Assembly (NCBI RefSeq): GCF_902713615.1
Contig: NC_052150.1
Span: forward strand, 146,105,993-146,169,992
Direction of reading: 5' to 3'
Source: Scyliorhinus canicula
Taxonomy: Eukaryota
Length of the DNA: 64,000 nt
Part shown: positions 37,490 to 50,314 of the stretch, piece by piece
Layout of the letters: every line of letters starts with the position of its first letter
Position numbering within the stretch: position 1 is the stretch's first letter
Program-made: the position numbers and the translations under genes
The notes under the pieces: model-generated
The model's input: the letters and a program-made list of their open reading frames with translations, nothing else
Databases searched by the model: none
What the model was told of the DNA's origin: nothing

Positions 37490-37795
37490 AAATTCATCTT
37501 TATGGGATGTGGGCTTCGCTGGCTCCAGCATTTGTTGCCCATCCCTAATTGCCGTTGAGAAGATGGTGGTGAGATACCTTGAACCACTGCGGTCCATGTG
37601 GTGAAGGTATACCTACTGTGCTATTAGAGAGGGAGTTCCAGGATTTTGACCCAGCGACAGTGAAGGAACGGCGATATATTTTCAAGTCAGCATGTTGAGT
37701 GACATGGAGAGGAATCTCCAGTTGGCGGTGTTCCCATATATCTGCTGCCCTTGTCCTTCTGGATGGCAGTGGTCATGGGTTTGGAAGGTGCTGCC
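37490..37795 (-). mobile_element. CR1/L2-group LINE (family B) 3' end
   Basis: Reverse complement of the family 3' terminus seen at 10440-10598 and 32700-32990. Confidence 0.85.
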
Positions 37796-37989
37796 TCACT
37801 AGAGGGCAGAGCTCCCTTGCTGGTGGGCAAAGACCTTCATGAACCTTCTGGCGTATCATCTGTGGGAATAACAAGATGATCGAGATAAAGTAGAAAACCA
37901 TCTACAACAGTGAGGTCAGATTGAATATTTCTAAATTTCAAACAATATCCATTCGGCCAACAACGAGCTGATGGCACATTGTAAAATTT

Positions 37990-40900
37990 CAGCGTTTATG
38001 AGTCTCCCAAAGTAAACAAATAAATAAATAAATATAGAGACAAGGAAAAAGAGAAAGAGAGGAAGGGAACCAATCACAACAACCACTCACTTCCAACATA
38101 AAAAAAGGAAACTCGAAGCCCGAGGCAGGCCCAGCGAGAGCAGAGAAGCGGGGGAAGGAGCTCCAAGCAATGATGAAGGCGATGACGCACAAAATGCAGC
38201 AGACCATCGAAGGCCTGGAAAGGGAAGTGATGGCACAGAAAAAAACAATTCTGGAGTTGGAGAGGGCCGCCTCGGACCAGAGCGACATGGTGATAACCCT
38301 AGAAGCTGAGGTCAAAAGATTAGTAACGGCCCAGGGGAGCTTAAGAGGGAAAGTAGGGGACCAGGAAAATAGGTCCAGACGGGAGAACATTAAATTAGTG
38401 GGTCTGCCAGAGGGGATAGAGGGCAGAGACCCAACAGGCTACATCACCTAAATGATGGGCAAGCTAGTGGGAAAGGAGGTATTCCCAAATCCACTGGAAA
38501 TAGACGGGGCGCACAGGTCGCTCCGACCCAAGCCCAAAGTTGGGGACCAGCCCAGAGCGATTATCGCAACGCTACACCGGTTCCAAGACCGGGGAGAGAA
38601 TCCTAAAGTGGGCCCGGCAAATGAAACAGAGCACGTGGGAAGGGAAGACCATAAGGGTGTATCAGGGCATTGGGGTGGACTTGGCCAAAAGAAGGGCTGA
38701 ATTCAACAAGGCAAAATCAGCACTGCACAAAAGCAAGGTGAAATTTGGGATGTTATACCCGGCCAAACTCTGGGTAACATTTGAGGGGAAAGAGCTGTAT
38801 TTTAACACCCCAGCTGCGGCTGATGAGTTCATTAAAGCGAACAAACTGGGGGAGGAGCACACGCAACCGCAATGAAAGACATGGGGACGGAAAAGGAAGG
38901 GAAAACCAGAACAAAGAGCAGAGGACAGAACGCAAACAAGGTCAATGGAATCATGAATTGTGCACGTGTTTTATGCCTTGCGCCGGATTGTGCTGCTTCG
39001 TTTCAGAGATTGTCTCCTCTCTCAATGCAATAGGGGGGAGTGTAGCGAGGGAGATGAGGGTGAGAAAAGCAAACAGGAGGGCGAGATAAGGGCCAGTAGG
39101 AGAAAGGTTAAACAGGGCCAGAACTGGGCGAATACTCGGAGGAAGGCCACCTTACTAGAGAGGAGGGCCAGCACGGGAGGGCAGGAAGGAAGGAAGGCCG
39201 CGGCACGCCTCTCAGGGGAAGGGGAGCGCCTGGCACAAGGAGGGGAGGGGGACGCAGAAGAGGGGGAGAGTGCAGGGGGGGACAAAGAGACAGGGGCGGG
39301 GGGGGGTGGGGAGAGGAGTCTGGGGGAGAACGCAGAACAAAAGAGAAGCAAAGAGAAGGGTGAGATAATGAAGCAGTCCAGACATAGGCCTCGGCGTGCA
39401 TGGAGCAGGGCAAGGAACCAAGAGGGCGCTGCAAGCAGCCACTCGAGAAGGCATCAGCCCAGAGAGCAGGGGCGCACACACACAGCTGGTGGCCACATTG
39501 GGTGACCCCTGGGCAAAGGGGTCACCCTGAGTGCTGTGGCCCGACCCCATGGTGAGATCGGTGACCCTGGCCATTTTGAACGGCTCCTGAGCAAAGGGAA
39601 ACCCCGGGGTGCAGGGGCGCATCCACCAGGTAAGTATGGGTGATCCTACAGGACTAGGGCAGAAACTCCCCACCAGGATTGTTACCTGGAATGTAAGGGG
39701 ACTCAACGGCCCAGTGAAACGATCCAGAGCATTCGCCCACCTAAGAAGCCTAAAAGCAGACATAGACGCACCTGAGGGAGAAGAACCGACTGCTGGTAAG
39801 GAAGGGCTGGGTGGGACAGGTGTACCACTTATGCTACAGGATGAGGGCTAGGGGGGGTAGCAATATTAATTAGCAAAAGGACGAGATTTACAGGAACCAA
39901 GAGAGTTACGCACCCAGGGGGAAGGTACGTCATGGTCAGCAGAGTGCGGGAAGGGGCACTGGTAGTACTGGTAAATGTGTACGCTCCCAACTGGGACGAC
40001 ACAGAATTCATAAAGAAGACCATGGAGGAAATTCCCGACCTTGACACACACCGACTGATTATGGGGGGGCAACTTTAACTGCGTGCTGGACCCACTGACC
40101 GACCGATCAAACCCCAGAATGGGGAAAAAGTCTGGCACGGCTAGGGAGCTAGGGGCCTCATGGATCAGAGGGGGGGGCGGTGGACCCATGGAGGTTCCTG
40201 CACCCGGGAGAAAAGGAGTTCTCGTTCGTTTCGCAGGTGCGCAAGGTATACACCCGTATCGACTTCTTTGCATTGGGGAAATCGGTGCTTCCAGGGATCA
40301 CGGGATCATTATCTCCAAACACGCTCCATACTATATGGATGAGAGGTTGGAGACAGGTTGGGCCCAGCGCCCCACGTGGAGGCTGGACATGGACCTCCTG
40401 GCCGACAAGGCTTTCTGCCAAAAGATATCGCAGGTCATAGGCGATTACATTAGTAACAACCAAAACGGGGAGGTCTCACCCTCCACGTTTTGGGAGGCAC
40501 TGAAGGCCGTGATCAGAGGAGAGATCATAGCCTACAAGGCAAGTAGAGATAGGGAAGAGAGGGTGGCCAAGCAACAGCTAGTGGACTCCATTCTAGAAGT
40601 CGATGGAAAGTACTCAGAAGCCCCGACCGTAGGGCTACTGGCAGAGAGGAAAACGCTGCAAATGGACTTTAACCTACTATCACTAGGAAAGCAATGTACC
40701 AACTCCGCCAGACACGAGGGACCTTCTACGAACACGGAGACAAGGCTGGCCACCTATTGGCTCACCAACTGAGAAAGCAGGCAGCCACGAGGGATATAGC
40801 GCAGGTAAAGGATAGAAGAGGCAGACTGGTAACAGAGCCAAAAGTGGTCAATCGGGCATTCGAGACCTTCTACCGGGGACTGTACAGCTCCGAGCCCCCC

Positions 40901-41981
40901 AACGGGGGTGCAGGGATGAAATATTTCCTAGACAGACTGGAACTACCAGTGGTGGGGGAAAACAGACGTGGGGAGCTGGAAGCACCAATAGACCTGGAAG
41001 AAATCATGGAGAGCATCAGCTCCATGCAGGCGGGGAAGGCACCGGGACCCGACGGGTTCCCGGCGGACTTCTACAAAAAATTTGCACCAGTCCTGGCCCC
41101 ACACCTCAGGGACATGTTCACGGACTCACTGGCAGGGGGCACGCTGCCCCCCACGCTAGCGCAGGCCACAATCTCACTGATACCCAAAAAAGATAAAGAC
41201 CTGACGGAATGTGGATCATACAGACCCATTTCACTGCTGAACGTGGATGTGAAAATACTCGCAAAGGTCCCAGCCAAAAAGTAGCAGACGTGGTCGCAGA
41301 GGACCAAACGGGCTTTGTCAAGAGTAGGCAGCTCACAACGAACATCAGGTGGCTGCTGAATGTGATAATGACAACCCCCCCCCCCCCCCCCCCCCCCCCA
41401 GAACAGCAGAGATGATCATCTTCCTGGATGCAGAAAAGGCCTTTGACAGAGTCGAATGGTGCTACCTCCTCGAGGTACTGGAACGGTTTCGGCTAGGAAC
41501 GGGACTCGCTGCCTGGGTGAGGCTCCTGTACAACGCTCCCAAAGCGAGCGTCCGAACTAACACCACCAGCTCTGAATACTTCCAACTGCAGAGAGGAACA
41601 AGACAGGGCTGCCCCCTGTCCCCACTATTGTTCGCGCTAGCGATCGAACCCCTGGCGATAGCCCTGCAGGACGCGAAAAGCTGGAAGGGAATCCGGAGAG
41701 GAGACAGAGAGCACAGAGTCTCACTCAATGTTGATGGCCTGCTCATCTATGTCTCGAAGCCACAGTAGGGACTGAAGGCAATACTGCAAATACTGAAAGA
41801 GTTTGGAACCTTCTCGGGCTACAAACTTAACTTGGGCAAAAGCGAGACATTCCCAGTGAGCCCAAAAGGGAGAGGGACAGAGCTGAAGGGGCTCCCGTTC
41901 AAAACGGGCCAGAACAGATTCCATTACCTTTGGATCCAAAGAGCCAGAGACTGGACACAGATCCACAAGTGGAACCTGACC
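37990..41981 (+). mobile_element. L1/Tx1-clade LINE: ORF1, long inter-ORF region, ORF2 EN and RT (3'-truncated, frameshifted)
   Basis: ORF1 DQENRSRRENIKLVGLPEG and EIDGAHR..PRAII; EN TWNVRGLN, NVYAPN, GGNFN, TRIDFF; RT KAPGPDGF, YRPISLLN, LDAEKAFDRV, GTRQGCPLSPLLF. Confidence 0.95.
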
Positions 41982-43544
41982 ATGATATGAACTGATGGTC
42001 GGTGATCTGTTTCGACCGTGAACTTCGGAAGTCCATAGACATAATCATGGATCGATCTGAGCGTACCAATACACTGTGGTAGTCATAGGTCTAGATGCAT
42101 ATGCAATTGGCGTCCAAAAAGTATCATCATTCCTTTGAAGTAGGACTGGCTCAATTCCATTTTGACTTGCATCTGTGGGAATCTTCGTTTCCCATCCAGG
42201 GTCAAAGAAGGAAAGGACAGGTACTGCAGTCAATGCTGACTTGAGATCCAGCCATTCTTTGTTGTGCTCTGCAGTCCACGAGAATAATGTGTTCTTCTTA
42301 ATGAAGTTACACAAGGCTGTTGTTGGTGAAGCTAGGGTGGGGTTACATTTTCTTAGGAAATCTACTACACCAAGGAATCTCAAAACTGTTTTTTTGTCTT
42401 CTGTGACTGGCATCTTCTGAATGGCAGCAATCTTATCATTGTCTGGTTGCACACTATGTTCTGAGACTTGATCACCCAGAAATGTTAACGTTGAGATACC
42501 AAAGTTGCATTTAGATCAATTTGGCTTCAATCTGAATTTGTGTATTCTCTGCAACATTTGCAGAGTCTTGCATTATGTTCTTCACACATAGGTGACCATA
42601 TTATAATGTCATCAACATACACCTGAACTCCATCTATTCCTTCTGACATCTGTTCCATGGCATGATTAAATATCTCAGATGCTGAAATTATGCCAAATGG
42701 CATTCTGTTAAAACGTTAATGACCAAATCATGTGTTGACTGTACACAATGTTTTGCTTGTGTATCCAGTTGCATTTGCCAAAAACCTCTGGAAGAGTCCA
42801 GTTTGGAGAATATCCTGGCGTTAGCCATCTCACTCGTAATCTCGTCACGTTTCAGTATTGGATCGTGTTCATGTCTGATGTTCATATTTAGATCCTTCAG
42901 ATCAATATAAATCCTGAGGTCACCATTGGTTTCTTAACACACACAATCGAGCTGACCCAATCTGTCGGTTCTGTGATCTTGGAAATTATTCCAATGTGCT
43001 GCATACGTTCCAGTTCTTGCTTCAGACGGTCACGTAACAGAGCAGGAACTCTTCTTGGAGGGTGGTCCACTGGTTTAGCATTCGCTTTCAGTGGAATCTT
43101 TCATTGAAAAGGAAGCGTACCCATAACTTCAAATAGCTGAGGAAATTTAGTGAGGATGCTTTCAATATCTTCCTGCACAAGTGGAAGAGGTTTGCTGGTT
43201 CTGTGGATTCGTTTCACAGGGTGTAAATCCTGACAGGTTTGTGCACCTAGTAGTGAAGGCCTATTGGCTTCAACAATCTCAAACTGCAAGGATATCACAG
43301 TGTCATTGTTTGTCACTAAGTGATAACATGACGCTAAAGAAGTAATCATGTTACCATTGTAGCCACGTAACTGGCAGTCAGTTTTCTGAATCTTAGGACT
43401 ATGACAAAGGTGCGATAAATCATGAGTATTTCTTAAATTCACAGATGCTCCAGTCTCCAACTTGAACACAATCTTGGCACCATTGACTTGTAATGGAGTG
43501 TTCCATTCAGATTCCGTGTTAATCAATTGTATGGGATGCATGGT

Positions 43545-44198
43545 AGCCCGGAGGTGGATCCTTTTAATGTGGAGGGACTCAAAGCCTCCGAGTGTGGAGT
43601 CTGGGATCAGTGACATGGCTGGGTTTCTCAAGCTGGAGTAAATAAAGTTTGCCCTGAGGGGGTCAATGCTAGGGTTCTCTCGGAGGTGGCAGCCGTTTGT
43701 CGATTTTCCCAGGGAAAATTAAAATGTCAGCAGAAGCAGCATTCTGGAGGGGGGGCGGGTAGGTGCAATATGGTTAAGCGATGTATGGAAGGGGTTGGGT
43801 GGGAAACATCTAGTTTACCATGTTGATATTTATGTTGTTATTGTTTTGTTTGTTACTGTTATAAAATTTTTGCAAGTGCTTCAATAAAAATATTTAACCA
43901 CAGAACGTGGTTACGTTGCCATTCACGCAATTGTTCCGGGACCTGTTTGTGGCCAACGAACAAGCGGAAGAATAGCTAAGTAGCCCAGAATCAGGGGAAA
44001 GTAGCCAAAGCATGAGAGGGAGAGATAGGCCGGGAGAGTGGGGGAGGGGGGGGGGGGGGGGGGGGGGTCAGACAGGGAACAAGAGAGGAGTACCAGGGAG
44101 GTAGGAGAGAGGCTGGGAAATGAGAGCCGGAGTGAGGGCATGGGATACAATAATGAACATGGCATCTCCAGGAGCAGGGAACGAGGGGAATAAATACA
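43545..44198 (+). mobile_element. Two tandem L1/Tx1-type 3' ends within the Gypsy gag-pol junction
   Basis: ARRWILLMWRDSKPP..LKLE..F..RWQPF plus AATAAA (to ~43896); then a second, G-rich 3' UTR ending AATAAATACAAAA. Confidence 0.7.
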
Positions 44199-44489
44199 AA
44201 AGATGCCAAAAACAATTTGATCCCTGATCATTGAGTCTGACAATATTGAGAAATCACAGGTTTGTGACTTGAGTCTTAAATCTGTGATGAAGCAATCAAC
44301 TGATTCTCCATCTTTTCGCGCTCTCATTTTAAAGATAGACCGTTCGTACGTTTCATTAATTTGAGCTTTACAATGAAAATCACATTTTTCAATAATGATA
44401 TCATTTTTTTATCATTTTCCGTGGAGAATTGTAAAAGTTATAAAGTTCAATAGCCTGCGGTCCAGCCATTGTTAAAAATAACGCAAGTT

Positions 44490-44710
44490 GGGCCGCACGG
44501 TGGCCTAGTGGTTAGCACAACCGCCTCACGGCGCTGAGGGCCCAGGTTCGATCCCAGCTCTGGGTCACTGTCTGTGTGGCGTTTGCACATTCTCCCCGTG
44601 TCTGCATGGGTTTCACCCCCACAACCCAAAAATGTGCAGAGTAGGTGGATTGGCCACGCTAAATTGCCCCTTAATTGGAAAAAATAATTGGGTAATCTAA
44701 ATTAAAAAAA
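44490..44710 (+). mobile_element. Short poly(A)-tailed V-SINE
   Basis: 16-bp TSD AAAAATAAC(G/T)CAAGTT, inserted at TT|AAAA. Confidence 0.92.
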
Positions 44711-45200
44711 AAAAATAACTCAAGTTTTCTGTTATCATTAGCATTATCTAACTGAGGCAAAGAGGTATAGTTGAAATTGCTGCTGAGATATTTTCTAATT
44801 TGCATCAATTTTACCAGAAGTCCGGAGCTGTCGCAGAGTTTGCTGTTTCTCCATTAGGCCTGGACTTGTCTGTGTGTTGAAGTAACCGGAGGCAGCCTTG
44901 CCGTCGAAGTCTGAGCACGTGCTAGTTTTCTTTCTGCTCTTAGATTCCAACTATTTTCTAACTAAATTACTTCAATAATTTCCTGGTACCATTTTATATT
45001 CCTTGTACTGTTCTCCAAGATAGCCCAAGTCATAGTGTTGACAAAGAACATAAAGCTATATGTTTAAATCAAAAAACTTTTATTTTACATTACTTAAATT
45101 GGTTTGCTCACTCTACTGAGTAACAGTTGACAAAATAATAGTATTGAATCTATGATACAGTAATTAATTATCTCTCTAATATATAACCTACACTCTAACT

Positions 45201-46000
45201 CAGGAGTGGGCAAACTACGGCCCGCGGGCCTCATGCGGCCCGCCAAAGGTCTTTATGCGGCCCACCAAGATCAAGTTATTAAAAAAAAAACATTTTAAGG
45301 TTAATTGGGGGGGGGGGGCTGTTGGGTTACTGGTGGATACGTTGACTTGAGTAGGGTGATCTTTGCTCAGCACAACATGTGTTTCATGTGAAGTTTCTAC
45401 TTTAAAATATTAATTAATAAAAATTAATTGCTTTTTTTCTTTAAACTGAGTTACTTTGTTTTTCAAATAAATGTGTTTCATAGAACATAGAACAGTACAG
45501 CACAGAACAGGCCCTTCGGCCCTCAATGTTGTGCCGAGCCATGATCACCCTAGTCAAACCCACGTATCCACCCCATACCCGTAACCCAACAACCCCCCCC
45601 TTAACCTTACTTTTATCAGGACACTACGGGCAATTTATCATGGCCAATCCACCTAACCCGCACATCTTTGGACTGTGGGAGGAAACCGGAGCACCCGGAG
45701 GAAACCCACGCACACAGGGGGAGGACGTGCAGACTCCACACAGACAGTGACCCAGCCGGGAATCGAACCTGGGACCCTGGAGCTGTGAAGCATTTATGCT
45801 AACCACCATGCTACCCTGCTGCCTTGTAAAGTTTCTACTTTAAAATATTAATTAATAAAAATTAATTGCTTTTTTTTCTTTAAAAACCTTTTATTTTGGC
45901 TATTTTAAATATTAATTATTTTACTTAATATACTATGCGGCCCTTTAAAATTGTGAATTTCTGAATGTGGCCCTTGCACGGAAAAGTTTGCCCACCCCTG
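45201..46000. mobile_element. Non-autonomous hAT (Charlie-like) MITE inside the Gypsy LTR
   Basis: 16-bp TIR CAGG(A/G)GTGGGCAAACT; perfect 8-bp TSD CTCTAACT; subterminal GCGGCCC repeats. Confidence 0.93.
45481..45823 (-). mobile_element. Full-length V-SINE with CR1-type tail, inside the hAT MITE
   Basis: tRNA head, V-domain, (TTCTATG)n tail. Confidence 0.92.
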
Positions 46001-48544
46001 CTCTAACTCAACTTCACACATCAACTTCTCCAGCAGCTTCTCCCAGCATACTAGAGACGCAGCCTTTTATAAGACTACTCAGTGATGCCATCTCGTGTTG
46101 ATACACATGAACATCATCTTGCTAACCCTTTACTTCCTTAGATTATACATATCATTACAGTATTATCAATATGGCGACTCAAAGTAAGCTGTTAGTGGTG
46201 GTGGCTTTGGACTCAAAAAGGGCCATAGAGCTGTGACTCTTCCATGAGAATGCAGAAAAGGTGTTCTTGAGCTCCAAGGTTCCATGGATAATGGTGTACA
46301 CAGAGTTAGCCGGCACTTGGTTTGAAGGTAAATGCTCCCTTAGGATCGGGCTCATGGAATGCAGTCACCACCGAAACTGCATCACGGGCAAATCTGATGG
46401 TAGCCGGATGGGACATCTCCTGGAGGACGATGTGGAGTACCCACAACATTGCTGTGCTTGCCATTGCAGGAACTGTGGCAGGCAAGGCTACCAGAATCTA
46501 CAGCTAACGTGTCGCCATGGCCAGGTGACACAAGTGCCCAAGCTTTGCACATTGCCCCGCCCGAAGAAGAAGACCGAATGCAGTTAAACTGCATTAAAAA
46601 CCCCAAAGTAGCCCCGATTAGAATAAGGCTTCAGCTCAACAGCCAACCCTTGGATGTGGAAATTGACACTGGGGATGCCGTCCCTATTATCGGACAGTAC
46701 ATTTTCCATAGGCTCCGCCTGGGTGTCCTGCACCTGGGCCTCAGTGATACCAAGGCCTGTCTGGCAACATACATCGGAAAGCCATTGATCATCATCGGTG
46801 GGATGGAATGGCCAATAGTGTATACGTCCAGAACCCTGACCGACACAGAGCGCCGCTGTGCGCAAATTACAAAGGAAGGACTGACTGTGATATCCACAGT
46901 AAAGAAATTCCCCCATCTATGGGCGCCATTTCATGGTGATCACAGACCATAAACCCTTACTCGGCCTTCTTAAGGAAGACATGGTGATATCACCAGTAGC
47001 TTCAGTCAGAATCCAATGATGGGCACTGCTGTTGGCGGCACATTAGTATAACTGGGAACATCGTTCAGGAGCACAGGTCACACATATGGATGCCCTCAGC
47101 TGAGTCCCACTGCCGGTAAGTCCTCCATCCCGGCCAGTAGAGGAAGAAGTCGCATTGACATTGAATGTTATGGACACCGAATCCATGATGGCGGCACAAA
47201 TCTGCAAGTGGATCCAAAGGGACTCTACATTACCAAAATTGCAGCATGTTGTCCTACATGGCGGGCTACAAGGGGAACCTCCAGAGGAATTTCTGGCAAA
47301 AAAGCAGAAATTCACTGTGGAGGACGGCATCCTCCTATGGGGAGCACATGCGGTAATCTAGCAATCAGAGCAGTGCCTGATCTTGCAGGATTCGCATTGC
47401 GGACTTCCAGATTTTTCCAAAATAAAAATGCTCTCAAGGAGTTATGTGTGGTGGCCGGGAAGCAAATAGTGCAGCAATATACTGCTTGCCAGGAACACGA
47501 GAAGTTCCCTCTGTCAGCCTCTCTCTGCTATTGGGAGTGGCTGGAACGCCGCTCGGTGCGCTTGCATGCCGACTATGCCGGGCCCTTCATGGGGTCAGTG
47601 TTTCTGCTCCTTACAGGTGCCCACTCAAAGCCAATGGACGTGCACCGATTGTCTTCCATGAACAAGCAAGTTTCTGTTGAGAGGTTGAGCCAATCCCCAA
47701 ACACCCATGGGATCCCTGAGGTGCTTGTAACAGACAATGATGCCCACTTTACCAGCGAGGAATTACAGGTGTTTATGTGCATCAATGGGGTGAAACATAT
47801 CCGAACCGCCCAGACCATCCATCCTCCAATGGTGTGGCTGAGTAGGCAGTCCAAACGATGAAATACAGCATGAAGAAATAGACTGAAGGGTCCATTGAAA
47901 CAAAGTTTTTAATCAATTATCGAACAGCCTCGCACATCACACGCAGGGTAGCGGTAGCAGAATTACTGATGGGCCGACGTCTTTGGACCTGCCTGAGTTT
48001 AACGTTCCAGAGCCATGGCAGGAAAGTGCACAGGAAGCAGGACCTCCAGAAGAGGTATCATGATCACTGAATGACAGGTTTTAAATCAGGGTTGACGCTT
48101 GGAATTTCAGGTACAGTGGCAGTGGGTCCCAGAAACTAGAGTGGAGGCAACGGGATCAGTTTTATACATGGTCAGGATGAATGAGCGGACCATACAGAAG
48201 CAAGTATACCAGCTCAGGGGTAGGAAGCCCGCCCCAGAGGAAGCCACACCGATATACCCATACCTCAACCACTCTGCCTGCTGTCCTTTAGCCAAGAAGC
48301 ACTTTCCACATAGACCAATGCCCGGGCCAACAGGATACGGGTGGCTTGGTATTGGATATGGACACAGACTCCTCAGTGCTCTTGGAGGTTGTTGCAATCA
48401 GAGATGGTCCCCCGACAGGTCACCTTTGGCATTCTGCCCAGAAAAGGCACTCCCCAACATGATACATGCCCCTGACCTGACCCCCATAGAACATAGAACA
48501 ATACAGCGCACAAGAACACCTGGATCCCACCACTCCTCAGAATT

Positions 48545-50314
48545 ATAGAACATAGAACATAGAACGATACAGCGCAGTACAGGCCCTTCGGCCCTCGATG
48601 TTGCACCGACATGGAAAAAATCTAAAGGCCATCTAACCTACACTATGCCCTTATCATCCATATGCTTATCCAATAAATTTTTAAATGCCCTCAATGTTGG
48701 CGAGTTCACTACTGTTGCAGGTAGGACATTCCACGGCCTCACCACTCTTTGCGTAAAAAAAACCCACCTCTGACCTCTGTCCTATATCTATTACCCCTCA
48801 ATTTAAGGCTATGTCCCCTCGTGCTAGCCACCTCCATCCGCGGGAGAAGGCTCTCGCTGTCCACCCTATCTAACCCTCTGATCATTTTGTATGCCTCTAT
48901 TAAGTCACCTCTTAACCTTCTTCTCTCTAACGAAAACAACCTCAAGTCCATCAGCCTTTCCTCATAAGATTTTCCCTCCATACCAGGCAACATCCTGGTA
49001 AATCTCCTCTGCACCCGTTCCAAAGCTTCCATGTCCTTCCTATAATGAGGCGACCAGAACTGTACGCAATACTCCAAATGCGGCCGTACTAGAGTTTTGT
49101 ACAACTGCAACATGACCTCATGGCTCCGGAACTCAATCCCTCTACCAATAAAGGCCAACACACCATAGGCCTTCTTCACAACCCTATCAACCTGGGTGGC
49201 AACTTTCAGGGATCTATGTACATGGACACCGAGATCCCTCTGCTCATCCACACACCCAAGAATTTTATCATTAGCCAAATATTCCGCATTCCTGTTATTC
49301 TTTCCAAAGTGAATCACCTCACACTTCTCCACATTAAACTCCATTTGCCACCTCTCAGCCCAGCTCTGCAGCTTATCTATGTCCCTCTGTAACCTGCAAC
49401 ATCCTTCCGCACTGTCTACAACTCCACCGACTTTAGTGTCGTCTGCAAATTTACTCACCCATCCTTCTGCGCCCTCCTCTAGGTCATTTATAAAAATGAC
49501 AAACAGCAACGGCCCCAGAACAGATCCTTGTGGTACGCCACTCGTAACTGAACTCCATTCTGAACATTTCCCATCAACTACCACTCTCTGTCTTCTTTCT
49601 ACTAGCCAATTTCTGATCCACATCTCCAAATCACCCTCAATCCCCAGCCTCCGTATTTTCTGCAATAGCCGACCGTGGGGAACCTTGTCAAACGCTTTAC
49701 TGAAATCCATATAGACCACATCAACTGCTCTACCCTCGTCTACCTGTTCAGTCACCTTCTCAAAGAACTCGATAAGGTTTGTGAGGCATGACCTACCCTT
49801 CACAAAACCATGCTGACTGTCCCTAATCATATTATTCCTATCTAGATGATTATAAATCGTATCTTTTATAATCCTCTCCAAGACTTTACCCACCACAGAC
49901 GTTAGGCTCACCGGCCTATAGTTACCGGGGTTATCTCTACTCCCCTTCTTGAACAAAGGGACCACATTTGCTATCCTCCAGTCCTCTGGCACTATTCCTG
50001 TAGCCAATGATGACCTAAAAATCAAAGCCAAAGGCTCAGCAATCTCTTCCCTGGCTTCCCAGAGAATCCTAGGATAAATCCCATCCGGCCCCGGGGACTT
50101 ATCTATTTTCACCTTGTCCAGAATTGCCAACACTTCTTCCCTACGCACCTCAATGCCATCTATTCTAATAGCCTGGGTCTCAGCATTCTCCTCCACAATA
50201 TTATCTTTTTCTTGAGTGAATACTGACGAAAAGTATTCATTTAGTATCTCGCTTATCTCCTCAGCCTCCACACACAACTTCCCACCACTGTCCTTGACTG
50301 GCCCTACTCTTACC
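48545..50314 (-). mobile_element. Young 5'-truncated CR1 LINE
   Basis: (TTCTATG)n tail; contains an uninterrupted 512-aa RT ORF. Confidence 0.96.
48739..50277 (-). CDS. CR1 ORF2 reverse transcriptase domain (partial; no endonuclease)
   Basis: KSPGPDG, NYRPVSLTS, QHGF, DFSKAFDKV, GVPQGSVLGP and FADD all intact, with no stops for 512 codons. A frameshift in a T run near the C-terminus is likely. Confidence 0.85.
   Translation of the reverse strand: MCVEAEEISEILNEYFSSVFTQEKDNIVEENAETQAIRIDGIEVRREEVLAILDKVKIDKSPGPDGIYPRILWEAREEIAEPLALIFRSSLATGIVPEDWRIANVVPLFKKGSRDNPGNYRPVSLTSVVGKVLERIIKDTIYNHLDRNNMIRDSQHGFVKGRSCLTNLIEFFEKVTEQVDEGRAVDVVYMDFSKAFDKVPHGRLLQKIRRLGIEGDLEMWIRNWLVERRQRVVVDGKCSEWSSVTSGVPQGSVLGPLLFVIFINDLEEGAEGWVSKFADDTKVGGVVDSAEGCCRLQRDIDKLQSWAERWQMEFNVEKCEVIHFGKNNRNAEYLANDKILGCVDEQRDLGVHVHRSLKVATQVDRVVKKAYGVLAFIGRGIEFRSHEVMLQLYKTLVRPHLEYCVQFWSPHYRKDMEALERVQRRFTRMLPGMEGKSYEERLMDLRLFSLERRRLRGDLIEAYKMIRGLDRVDSESLLPRMEVASTRGHSLKLRGNRYRTEVRGGFFLRKEW

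Larger units (their letters stand above)
41982..46159 (-). mobile_element. Ty3/Gypsy element: 5' LTR (46159-~44992), PBS, gag, protease, RT and RNase H (3'-truncated, with nested inserts)
   Basis: LTR starts TGTAATGATAT; PBS TGGTACCAGGA; gag GESVDCFITDLR..MIRDQIVFG; protease FKLETGASVN; RT FSKLDSSRGFWQ and YVDDII; RH TDASQNG..PIAYASR. Confidence 0.9.
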
